64,000 nucleotides of DNA from Candidatus Omnitrophota bacterium (GTDB lineage: Bacteria; Omnitrophota; Gorgyraeia; Zapsychrales; Zapsychraceae), in the NCBI GenBank assembly GCA_035292445.1, contig DATDQB010000010.1, forward strand, positions 3,563 through 67,562. Direction: 5' to 3'. Below the pieces are notes generated by a model that was not told the origin of the DNA, searched no databases, and saw nothing but the letters and a program-made list of their open reading frames with translations. Made by a program: the position numbers and the translations under genes. Position 1 is the first letter of the stretch. Every line of letters starts with the position of its first letter. This document shows, piece after piece, positions 48,664 through 59,900 of the stretch.

Positions 48664-49344
48664 TTAAGGGGCATAACTTTCCATGACCAAAGACGTCTTG
48701 CCGAAACCGACCGAGCCCTTGATGCGCAAAGGGATCCTGCGTTCAGTTGTATCGAACCAAATCTGATAATCTTTGTCGTTGCCTTCCAAGTAATACGTTT
48801 CATGTTCCTGGCCAACCGCCTCTATTTTTTCCCGACCGGCAAACCCGATCATGACATCTTTTGTCGGCAAGGTCATCTCAAGCTTCTCTCCGGGTTTAAA
48901 CTGCCCGGAAACCCTGTAACGGTATATGAACGCGTAAATATTATCCAGCCTCTGAGGCTTTTTGATCTCGAAGGCCTCCCGCTTTCCCTTGGCGACTTTT
49001 ATGATACGCACGTACCCGTCTTCCCTGTAACGTTCGGTAATGCTCTCCTTTTTTCCCCACATGTCGATGTCGCGCTCGATAATGGCCGGATAGAACGATT
49101 GCGGGTCCAGATAGATCTTCTCGGTATCGCGCATGCGAAGCGCAGCCGTATCGACCGTGACCAGGATATAATCCCGGCCTTCCAGCGGTGTTATGCCGTG
49201 ATAGCGGACAATGACTTTCCCGACCGTTAAGTTGGCTTTCTTGATCTGGTAGGTGATGGTCTCACCGGGGACGAAGACGGCGGCAAAAGAGCTGGAAGAC
49301 AGCAAAACGATCAACGCTAAGAAAGATATTCGGCTTCGTATCAT
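48664..49344 (-). CDS. Secreted hypothetical protein (possibly DUF3108-like)
   Basis: Signal peptide; beta-rich; no firm family. Confidence 0.45.
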   Translation of the reverse strand: MIRSRISFLALIVLLSSSSFAAVFVPGETITYQIKKANLTVGKVIVRYHGITPLEGRDYILVTVDTAALRMRDTEKIYLDPQSFYPAIIERDIDMWGKKESITERYREDGYVRIIKVAKGKREAFEIKKPQRLDNIYAFIYRYRVSGQFKPGEKLEMTLPTKDVMIGFAGREKIEAVGQEHETYYLEGNDKDYQIWFDTTERRIPLRIKGSVGFGKTSLVMESYAP

Positions 49345-50483
49345 CTTCGATCATACGCCTTGATGTACTCTTCCAGCAGCCTTGTGCCCTTGCACATGTC
49401 CTTGACGTAAATATATTCATCGGTCGTGTGCGCGGTGCCCTCGGCCGCCCAGCCGGTGGCGAAGGCGGGGATGTTGTGGTGCTGGAAAAAGGTGACGACG
49501 GTCGCGCCCTCGCTGCCTTTGAGATGCGCGGGACATTTCATCTTCTTGGCGGTCTTTAAAAATAAGCTGACCGCCCGGTGCTTAGGATCAAGCTGGTAAG
49601 GCAACTGGTGGTCATCGATGATGATCTTGTATTCTTTGGTGACGCTTTCAATGATCTTTTTGTAAAGCTTTATGATACCGGCAAACTTCATATCCGGCGT
49701 ATAACGCGTATCGACCGAAAATTCGCAAAAATCCGCCACCATGTTGACCTTGTCCCCGCCATGGATGGTGCCGATATTGATGGTCGGGCCTCTTAACAGC
49801 GGATGTTTCTTATATTTGAATTTTATTTGCTTCAATTGATTGATGATCTGGCTGGCCTGCTCGATGGCGTTGACGCCCTGCCAGTTGTACGCGCCGTGGG
49901 CTTTCTTGCCGAAAATCTGGATGCGGATATGAAGCAACCCTTTTTGCGCCACAATAGCATCATATTCGGCCGAATCCATCACAACACAGACCTGAGGCTT
50001 CAACACTCTCTTCTCTAATAAAGGGATGATGCCGTAATCGCTCCCGGTTTCCTCATCGACCGTGGCCGCCATGATGATATCATGCCTTGGCTTAAAGCCG
50101 TCTTCGACCATGCTGTGCATGATTTCAAGACAGCTGGCGGTGTTGCCTTTGTCATCGGAGGCCCCGCGGCCGTAGAGTTTCCCTTTAACGATTTTTCCGC
50201 CGAAGGGATCATATTTCCATCCTTTGCCGATGGGGACGATATCAAAATGCGGGGTAATGCACATAGCTCCCTGTGACGCTTGCTTGCGCGGCAAACTCCC
50301 TCTTAACGTGGCGATGACATTCGGCCGCCTTTTGGCGTACGTGTAGGTCTTGACATCAAGCCCGAGGGAGCGCATGTACTTCTCGATCCACTTGGCGCAA
50401 TCCCATTCAAGGCCCGGAGGGTTGGTCGTGTTGTAGGAGATTAATTTTTGTAATGTTTTAATTAAACGTTCGTTATTTATCAT
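49341..50483 (-). CDS. M20 family metallopeptidase (ArgE/DapE-like deacylase)
   Basis: ITPHFDIVPIG, GRGASDDKG motifs; start set at MINNERL because the longer ORF-track N-terminus is a translation of the palindromic element. Confidence 0.8.
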   Translation of the reverse strand: MINNERLIKTLQKLISYNTTNPPGLEWDCAKWIEKYMRSLGLDVKTYTYAKRRPNVIATLRGSLPRKQASQGAMCITPHFDIVPIGKGWKYDPFGGKIVKGKLYGRGASDDKGNTASCLEIMHSMVEDGFKPRHDIIMAATVDEETGSDYGIIPLLEKRVLKPQVCVVMDSAEYDAIVAQKGLLHIRIQIFGKKAHGAYNWQGVNAIEQASQIINQLKQIKFKYKKHPLLRGPTINIGTIHGGDKVNMVADFCEFSVDTRYTPDMKFAGIIKLYKKIIESVTKEYKIIIDDHQLPYQLDPKHRAVSLFLKTAKKMKCPAHLKGSEGATVVTFFQHHNIPAFATGWAAEGTAHTTDEYIYVKDMCKGTRLLEEYIKAYDRR

Positions 50484-50495
50484 TTGTTTATAAAC

Positions 50496-50551
50496 GTAGG
50501 GGCAACCTTTACGGTTGCCCATCCTCGGGCAGGCACAAGGCCTGCCCCTAC
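50496..50551. repeat. GTAGGG-family double-hairpin element (copy 3 of the 56-nt subtype)
   Basis: gtagGGGCAACCtttacGGTTGCCCatcctcGGGCAGGcacaaggCCTGCCCctac. Confidence 0.8.
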
Positions 50552-50554
50552 GAT

Positions 50555-50860
50555 TCAATCCTTAAACAAATCCTCCGCTTTCATCTTCCCCAAATTCATC
50601 TTGTAATCATCAAAATCAATGACCGTGACACTGGGCTTCTCAGCAGCGAGCTTGGCCAGCTTGGGCCAGTGGGATCTGATGTTACGAAAGCTAACGTATT
50701 TAAATTCAGTTTTGCAGTTGGGACAAAGCGGTTCGTTTAATTTGATATCGATGTGATCGCAGTTGGCGCATTGGCCGGAAACATCGCCGTAGATGAGCAA
50801 TTGCTTTTTGATGGCGTGGAGGTCGATTTCTTTAAAAACACGGATAAATTTGCCGCTCAT
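50555..50860 (-). CDS. Small zinc-ribbon hypothetical protein (101 aa)
   Basis: CANC...CPNC cysteine pairs. Confidence 0.5.
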   Translation of the reverse strand: MSGKFIRVFKEIDLHAIKKQLLIYGDVSGQCANCDHIDIKLNEPLCPNCKTEFKYVSFRNIRSHWPKLAKLAAEKPSVTVIDFDDYKMNLGKMKAEDLFKD

Positions 50861-50928
50861 AATGGGCTAATTATAACATAAGAAGAGAAAAGGGAAGGAA
50901 ATTAATCGGGAAAGAATGTTAGGAAATC

Positions 50929-50995
50929 GGGTTATCAGGGTATCTGGTTATCAGGAATAAGCCTGATATCCTGGTATCCTGATGTCCTGATAACC
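50929..50995. repeat. Cluster of GGTTATCAGG (x2) and inverted CCTGATNTCC/CCTGATAACC (x3) decamers spanning the stop codon of the giant gene
   Basis: gggttatcagggtatctggttatcaggaataagcctgatatcctggtatcctgatgtcctgataacc. Confidence 0.6.
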
Positions 50996-53900
50996 TTTTC
51001 TTGTCTAATCGCTTTTGATAATTCAAAACCGAGGCCGTTCCCTTCCGCCAGCGGTTGCGGTTCATCATCAGCTATGCCTAATAATAGAGGAAGGTTCGTG
51101 ACCGGCGTAATGGAATAAATGATCGGGGTAAACCCTGTGATCGGCATGGTCTCAAGAATGGCGGGATCGAACTGTAGATCCATCCCCTGCCCCTGCGTTT
51201 GCAGCTCCAGCATGTCGGGGTTCATATCAATACCGCCGACATCTTTACCCTCAGCCAGAATCTCCGATTCTGGCGAGACCTCGCCCGCCTCTGGCGGGCG
51301 GGCCACCATCGCCTCATCATCGACTTCCGTTCCCATGCCCAGATCCCATCCATACTCGTCAATCGTTAGGATTTTCACGATTCTTTCCAACAAATCTCTT
51401 GCTTGAGGTCCGTCAACCTTAATAACCACTTGATCCCCTCTTACAAGCCCTAATGATATTATATCTGTTACTTCACTGATAACTTCTGACTCACCGCCAA
51501 CACCTAAAACTAAGGAATTACCAGGGTATCTATGCATCAACTCAATTATTCTTTCAGCTGGTCTTATATGTACACCGGCTGCTATGGCAACCTCTACCGC
51601 TTCTTCTGCTGAATTATCTTCATTTAATTCATCAAAACCTCGCGCCCCCACCATCGCCCGGTCAGACCTGTTTTCCGAAGTGACCGCTCGCCTCTCGGCT
51701 CCGCCGAGAGAGGCCTCGCCCATTGGGCGGGCCCGGTCATTCCCTGCTCCTCTTTCAATAATTAACCCCTCTTCCTTTAATTCCTCAAACCAACCCAAGA
51801 TATCTTCCTGCGTTATAGACCGAATCGCCTCAACATACCTTGACCAATTTGTTTCTCTTCCTACATTTTCAATAACATACCTAAACGCTTTACCATGAAT
51901 ATAAGAAAGGGCTCCATACGAGATATCCTGATTGAACATCAGCAAAGCCAACTGTATATTTAAGTCAGCTGAAATTCTAGTCCCTATTAAATGTGCTCCT
52001 TCTTGCTGTTCATATGGCCTTAAGATTTCATCACTCAGATAGTTGGAGTGGCTAAGAAGAATTTCTTTGGCCGATACCCCTATTACCTGATCGATATCCT
52101 TCTGTATAGATTCCGGCGTTTCTCCCGAGACAATTAAAGCATGCTCCATGTCCTCTAATTTCTTTTTATTTTCGGTATTTCGAGAAATTCTTTCCTGTTC
52201 AAATAATTTTCCAAGATAATACAGCTCTGAAGGTGTCAATACGGTAATAACATTCTCCATGCTGATTCCTGATTGAGCAATGACTTGATCCGACCTACGG
52301 TTACCAAGAATGCGAACCAAATAAGACCGGACGACCCTGTTATTAAGACCGCGCGCTGTTAAAACCTCCTTAGCCAATTCAACGCGGTGATTAACGACCG
52401 CTAGACTCTGTGTGAACAGATTTATTGAAGAAGGACGACTCATAAAAACAAACCCTAAGCGATCGCTGATTTCTGGATTATGTGCGGTGGAATCTCGATA
52501 GGGAATCCCATGGCGTTCAAAGATCATATATTCGTAAAGATGCGAAAGTTCACTTCCTAAGAGAAATAAACCACCCGTTACTGTCGGCTCCGTTATATTG
52601 CCGCCGGCCCAAGGAGGCACACCCTCTTCATATGTTGCAAAACCTCCTCCTGACCAGGGCGAACCAAAATAGGGAAACCAGACATGTCTCTTGATCAAAC
52701 CATTAGGCAATTGTCTTAAGTATGAATTATCAAAGAATTGGAGATTCTTGGCATAAGATAACCCAAGTAAAAATTCTCCCAAATCATCTTTGTCTATGTC
52801 TTGCTGCACAAGGATAGCATTAATTCGATCCGCTTCCGCTTGAACGGATACAGAATATCGGCCTGCTTGGTGATAATCCAGGAGCGCGTAAATCAAAATA
52901 TCTTGATCAGTTAATCCATCAATAAATTCCTGGCTATAAGCCGGATAGGCCCCTAAACGATTTCGAAGACGTGGGACAAGTTCCCGCTGCAACCAGCTTT
53001 GGTACCCATCAAGGTTTTCCACTCCAACCAAACTCAAAAATAACTGCTCACTCTCAACAACCGAAAATAAATTATTCTTACTAATCTTCGACAAAATATA
53101 CACCGCTCCTTGAAAATGTTGCAAATACACAGACTGCCGTTGTCTATCCTCTATACGATCAATGGCTTCCATGCGCCTTATGAATTGTCGAATGGCCTCG
53201 ATTTTGGTTATATTGATCAAATCAAACACTTGGAACATCACATTATACTGCGGATACTGCATCATGAGGCCTAAGCCCTCTCTTAGGATTTGCTCATCCC
53301 CTGTCCAGCGATGCACAATGCCTGCCAATTGAAGGATAACATTGCGGTGACTGATGTCTGATCTATCCACTTTAACAGCATGATACATCGAATCAACGTC
53401 AAATCCCTCCAAAAGAATATCCTGTCTTTTTTTCGATAAACGTGCCATATAATAAAATATTTGGATTGCCTCAAAATCATACGATATATTCTCAATCAAG
53501 TTTTCTTCTGTAATATGTGGACCCATCATTTCTTGCCACAGCCTCAAACCACCAGGGACATTAACTATTGTGTTTCCTGAAAGCTCCAAATAAGGCAATG
53601 TGGGCACCAGCCATAAGCCTATCGAGGCAATATTTTCACTGCGAATCCATTGCGCTATATTAATATGTTCTAAAGCAAAAATTTGCTCTTGCAGGCTCAA
53701 ATTGTATAAAGCACCTCTGACATATTCATTAAATAGATTAAGTTCTTCATTACTGAATACTGCGGCTCCAATATTAAGCAAGATCCATTCTCGCACAGCA
53801 GGTTCGAAATCTTCTATTAACGGGATAAGGCTGGGATTTGCCGTTTGCGCCACTTCAATTTTCTCTCTCAAAAATTCTAACGTCTCCGTTGGTTTTCCGG

Positions 53901-56900
53901 CATGCTCTTGAGCCAATATAGAACCTGCTAAAATGGAACCGATTGCCAAACTTCTTTTAATGTTCCTTAATGAAGAATCCCCCACCATCGCCCGGTCATC
54001 AAAGGCATTGGGTACGCGGCCCCGGGGCTGCGGCATTTCCTCAAATCTTTCTTCTTCAAAAACCATCATTTCTTCCGGGACAGGAGGCTCGGGTTCCGCT
54101 GGAAGGCGGACAAGTTCATCATCCACGATCGCGATATCGGAAGGCCTGATATCACGGACAAGGATCCCCGCCGCGATTAATCTGTTCCTGATCTCATTAA
54201 TGGTCAGCTCTTCTTCCATTTTGAAGGTATCGATAGTGAATTCCTCCCCCGCTCTCATATATCGCCCGTCCTCGAATTCCGTCAATCGTCTGATAACATG
54301 GGTGTCCGGATCGTCAATGATAATGTCCTGGATCCCAATACCAAGAATTAACGCTATCTCGGAAGCAAACACTTCTTTGACAATCATCACCGCCACCATC
54401 GCATGATCAACTGACTGCCCCATATCTATTGCGTGTTGAAATACCACTAACTGGCCATTGTGCCCCTCTTCAATAACAAACCCCGCCTGCGTAAATTGCT
54501 TTTTAACAAACGCTGGCATACGATGGTCGACCTTCTTGCCATAATCTGTCTCTCGGTGGTAGAACGTCGCAGCCAAAATACCGCCGGGCTTCAATATATC
54601 CTTTAAGCCTTCGATGAAAAGCCCCGTTCTTTCTTGCGACCACACCCCGCCTTGATCGGTCAGGGCATAGTACAAGACAGAGGCCGCCACAATGACATCA
54701 AACTTCTTAGGGAGCGCAGACAGCTTCAGAATATCCATGCGTTCGGCTTTAACGCCGTATATGCGCCGCGCCAATCGAGCCCCGCGCCAGCTAAGATCAC
54801 CAGCCGTTATGGTAGCGCCTTTTTCTTTCAACCAAGGGATCATACGGCTGTCCCGGCCCGGTCCGATCTCCAAGGCATCAATTCCCTCCCAAACCCGATC
54901 CAAATTCGTGAGATATCCGGCGATATAATCCGATGTGCCGCTAAAGAAACCGTCCAAATAATTAAAATAGCTCTTAAAGAGGCCTGGCCCGTAGATCGAC
55001 GGCTCATACCCCTCAGGTGGGATTAAGGCAATGCTCTCCTCAATGACCCGCTGAAGATTGTGCGCTGTTATAACAAAACCCTCTTCCTTAAGCTCAAACA
55101 ACCTAAAGACCACCCAATCGAGAGTATAAAAATCATATTGGCCGATAATACGCTGCAGTTCCTCCAAGATCAACGCGGCGATCGGCTGATAACGCTCCAA
55201 GACCTCCCTTAACTCAGGCAGGACGCTGCTGTCAAAGTACATGACATCCGCCATCTCAAAATCCGGATGGGCATATTCGGTTTTGGTTAAAATAATCTCG
55301 CGAATCTCCTCAATAGCCGCCATCGCATTATCGGCCGCATAAGGGGATTCGAAACGCAGCTCCAAGGCGTCGTTATTCTTGCCGTGGATGGAAGACAAAA
55401 CGACATTGCGGACGAGCGAAGGCATGCGGTACGCGCCAAGCCGTTCATGCTGCGGCCCTTTGCCGTCAGGCCCTTCCTTTTGCAGCAATCCCTGCCGCGC
55501 CAGGAACTCTGCCGTTCCGGTGTGGTATCCCTCCCATTTGACAACCCCAAATCCCGGCCGGCGCGCCTCATCGATCAACATATGCCGCGCATTGGTAAGG
55601 CGTTTCGTCCCGCCTCGATTAAGCTGTTGCAACTTGGCCCAGACCGACACTACCTGCTCGCCCGGTTCTTGGGTCAGATTCTTCAAACTGACTAACATCA
55701 CCCGGTCCCGACGCTCACTTCGTTCAGTCGGGACTCCGACCGAGTCTGCCTCTGGCAGACGAGCGTCGGAGTCGGATTGGTCTGCCGCTTTTTGTGCGGC
55801 AAGGATCAATTCTCCCATCCGATATCCGACGATCTTCAATAAAACGCCGGACCTGACCTTGTGTACAACGATATCGTGGATATCTTCATTGTCCGCACCG
55901 AACAATTTCAAAATTTCGGCATAGTACGGCGACTTTAGATATTCATCATCATGCGTTGAAATCTCTTGTTTTAATAGCCTTTGTGCCAGCTTTAAAACTT
56001 CCATATCGGTCACGGCTTCAACCGCGCGCTGCTGGTTGTATTCCGAGACGAATTGGCGGGCCAATAATTGAGCTGACTCTCCTAAATTTCTTTGGAAAAT
56101 ATAATAGGGCATGGGAATTTCGGCGCCAGGACGCGCTTCCATCCGCCTTATAATATTACCTTCGATCTTTTTATAAAAAGGATCTGTACGTTCTGTGCCA
56201 AGCTTAGCCGGAATGACCTTGAGTGATGACTCCCAATAAGCATCGATATAGCCTTTCATTACGGCATTGGCATCATGGCGATGCAACAACCATAAGATGA
56301 CCGCTGTCCATTGGAAATATGGGTCCACCGCCACTTTTGAAAAATAAATGCTTCTGATCGGCTTTACCGGTATGTATGCTTTTCCTTTTTGAATCTTAGG
56401 ATGGCTAAGGGCCACAGCAACCGGCTTTCCTAATTCGTTAAGTACGGCAAAGCTAAGCTGGGGATCAAAACGGTTCGGGTCATCGGCCAATTCAATAACA
56501 TCCTGCTGCAGACTAAATGTTTGATCCGCCGCGATCAAGTTCAATAACCGTAAGAATTCCGGCGCCTCTTGTAAAAGAAGCTCTCTGGTCAATGGAACAA
56601 GCTTGAGACGCTCTCCCTTAACGACCAGCTCATCATGCCGCTCTAACCATTCTGCGGCCGGCATGCCATCGATTTGCTCACCCGCGAAAACCTTGGAATG
56701 CCCCGGCGCTACGTCGTAACCATCCCCCACCATCGCGGCGTCTCCGGCAAGGGCCTCTTGGAACTCAGGCATCCCTTCCTCATTGAGGCGCCATTTGGTC
56801 GTCGCCGCTTTTCGCTCTTGCCCTTCCAGGCCGCGGTAACCGACCAAAGAAATACTTTGAGGCCTTTTTTGCCCTTCATAATGCGCCATGATCTCCAGGC

Positions 56901-59900
56901 GTGACAGCTCGGCCATCCTTGTCCCCATGCGCATGTTCATCATTTTTCCCAGCCTTTTGCCTTTGGGAAGAGGGAAATTACGGTTCAAGATGCCGTGCTG
57001 CAAACCTGTTTTGCCGACAAAATCACTGATATCAACGGCCACGCCGTCAAACTTGCTTGATGAATAGACCTTTCGAATTAAATTTTCGATATCTTTTTTT
57101 CTGAGCTGGACCTGGTTGACCTGGTACACAGGCCGCGTTCCGTCCCAAAGCCAGTGACTTTCCCGGTATTTTTCTTCGCGCCCTTCGACCATTTTGTAAC
57201 CGATAAACGCCATGGCCTTAACACTGCCATCCGTATTGTAATGGACCACCCATTCGACTTTGGAAAGACCGGCGCCGATCTTCATGCTTTCTATATGGTC
57301 CGCCCCCCACAGTTCACCATTGGGCAATGGAAAGGCAACGCGGATCTGCCCGGTCCGCAAATTCGATTCGCCCAAATATTTTGTGAGATCGATCTTTCTC
57401 CACGGCACATCCAGCGTTTCTTGATACAATTCCCTGACCTCATCCCCGTTTCCAGGTTTATACCTGTATTCATAAGCTTCGCCTGTCCATTCCCAATAGC
57501 TGCGCTCCATTTCATAATCTTTCTCATAGATCCTTTTGAAACCTATAAAAGTAATCCCCTTCACGTTCCCATCGGACAAAAAGTCGACCTTAAGCAAAAC
57601 TTTCGACAAATTCTTTCCGATCCTCATGAATTCTTGAAAGTCCCACGTCTTTCCGTTCGGCAACGGAAAGGTCCAGCCGATCTGGCCAGCCTTCAATTTT
57701 CCCGGCCCCAAATATTCCGTGATATCGACCGTGATCGACTTCTGTCCTTTTGAATTCCTATAAAACATCTTGATCAGCTCATCAGGGTCCTGAAATTCAA
57801 AATGCGTTCCGTTCCACAACGCATAACTCTTTCTGGTGATTGTCTGTTTTGACCTGTTCTTAGAAAGCCCGATAAAGCTCACAGCCTTAAGCTGGCCATC
57901 CGTAAAATGCGGCACCATTTTAACCTGTATCAATTTACCCCCCAGATGAATGCTACGCCTTTTGCCGCCCCACGAGGCGCCGTTGGGCAAAGGGAACATG
58001 TCCCTTACGATCCCGTATATCAAGTGATTCCGGCTAAAATGCTCCGTGATATCGAGTTCCATTCCGTCAAACCGCGCGTCCGTAAGATGCGCCTTGATCT
58101 TCTCATTAAGCTCCCTCATGAAATCGACGTATTCCAATTCCTCCCCGTCCCAGCGCCATAAGCTTCGGTTGTATTCTTCATGCTTTGAAGAACCGTTTTT
58201 CTTATAACCGATGAACATGACGCCCTGGATGTTTACCCGGTCAGGATCCCAAATCACTTTCATCTCCACACGCGATAGGTCTTTACCAAGCCTTAACTGA
58301 AGGAGCTCCCCCACGCGTTTGCCGCCGGGCAATAGGAACGCCGCCCTTAAAGACCCTCTTTTAAGGTTAAAGGGCGTCAATAAACGGGAAATATCAACGA
58401 CGACATCATGAAACTCGGGGTCTTGATAAATATGCTGGAGTTCATTGATATTATTCAGGGTCTTTACGAACCGCCCGTTCATCTGTTTGCGCTCGACTGA
58501 TATGATTTTACCGTTATTTTTTAGAATAACATGGCGGTCATAACTGTTGCCGTTGTTGACAAAAACGTTGGCGTTGACGGTCCACGTCGCATGATACAAA
58601 TGATCAAAGACCGTATCCCCTATCTGATAGAAACTGTCTTTGTTCACCATCATCGCCCGGTCAACGTTTTGCCCCTTGTCCATGACGGACGCGAAAGAAG
58701 AATCAAGCATCCCCAGATCACCTATGTAGAAAATGTTAGAATGCCCTTTTTCATTAAACGGATGCGGCACGTGGACAAACTCCAAATTGTTTTGTCTGAT
58801 GAATTCCTCCGCCCGCGTTTCTTTTTCCCTTAAACGATAATCCGCCAACCCGCTTTCTTCGGAAAGCAACACCCGCCAAATCGCCAATGAAGGATGCCGC
58901 TGTAGCCGACGCTTAAGTTCCCCAAAAAGTTCAAAAAACTTATCCGCTTTCATGTAATAGGAATGGTTCGCGAAGGATTCGTGCCCCAAAGGATTTCTTT
59001 CTACCCGATCGATAAACTCTTCCTCACTCACAACGCGAGGCGCATTGAACAAGTAAATATCCGCGTCCGGCTGCCGGGTGAAACCGTCCTGATAAAAAAT
59101 CTTTACGCTTGCGGCCGCGCTCGGCGGAATCTGTCCCGTTTCCAGAGCAAATTGAAAATTCCAGTTGGCTAACATCACATGCATCGGATTAATGTCCGTT
59201 GCCCAAACACTTTTTGCGCCGGACTTAAGGACATTAAGAAGATCAATTCCTGTCCCGACACCGATAATTCCTATGTCTTTCCCTTCAAAAATGCCCGGAT
59301 TATCCAGAACGGCCGTCTGAAAATCAACACTATGTTTATCAATCGTCTCAAACACGTCAAAATTGTCGATAGAAAACATGGTGAATATTCCGCTGGTTCC
59401 CCATATCTTTCTTAGTCGCTCCTGAATCGGTAAAACTACTTTATTTGTTGTACGTTTTAACCGTATCGTCTGCGCATATGGTTTGGGCGCCGGCGTTTCC
59501 GGGTAAAGGAACGGGATGGCGAGCTGTGCCAGCATACGGGCATTCAATGACAACGATTCTTCCGCAGAAACAATAGCTTCGGAGATATCAAATAGCAGAG
59601 GTTCGCCCGTCTTCCTTTGAAACATAATGCCGTAAGAAATAACTTTATGCTCTCCAAATAACGGAGTATTCCCTTCTAACGACAGAAGATACCCTTCAGG
59701 CGCCACATCCTCACCGTAAAGCAATGCTGAGAAAAAACGGACTCCATCCTCGGTGAAAGTAAGCGGTTCATACCACATCCTGGCGCCTTCGATCAATTCA
59801 GGAACGTCCAGAAAAATTTTATCCTTGTCTTTGTCCAAAAAAGAAAGAGAATCAATGATCTGGCGGCCCACCATCGCTTGATCCCTTACCCCAGCCCCCT

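Noticed and set aside
50484-50558. 25-aa N-terminal extension (MNRRGRPCACPRMGNRKGCPYVYKQ) of the M20 peptidase ORF
   Set aside because: It is a translation of the GTAGGG-family palindromic element. The conserved M20 N-terminus starts at MINNERL, so the start was moved to 50483.
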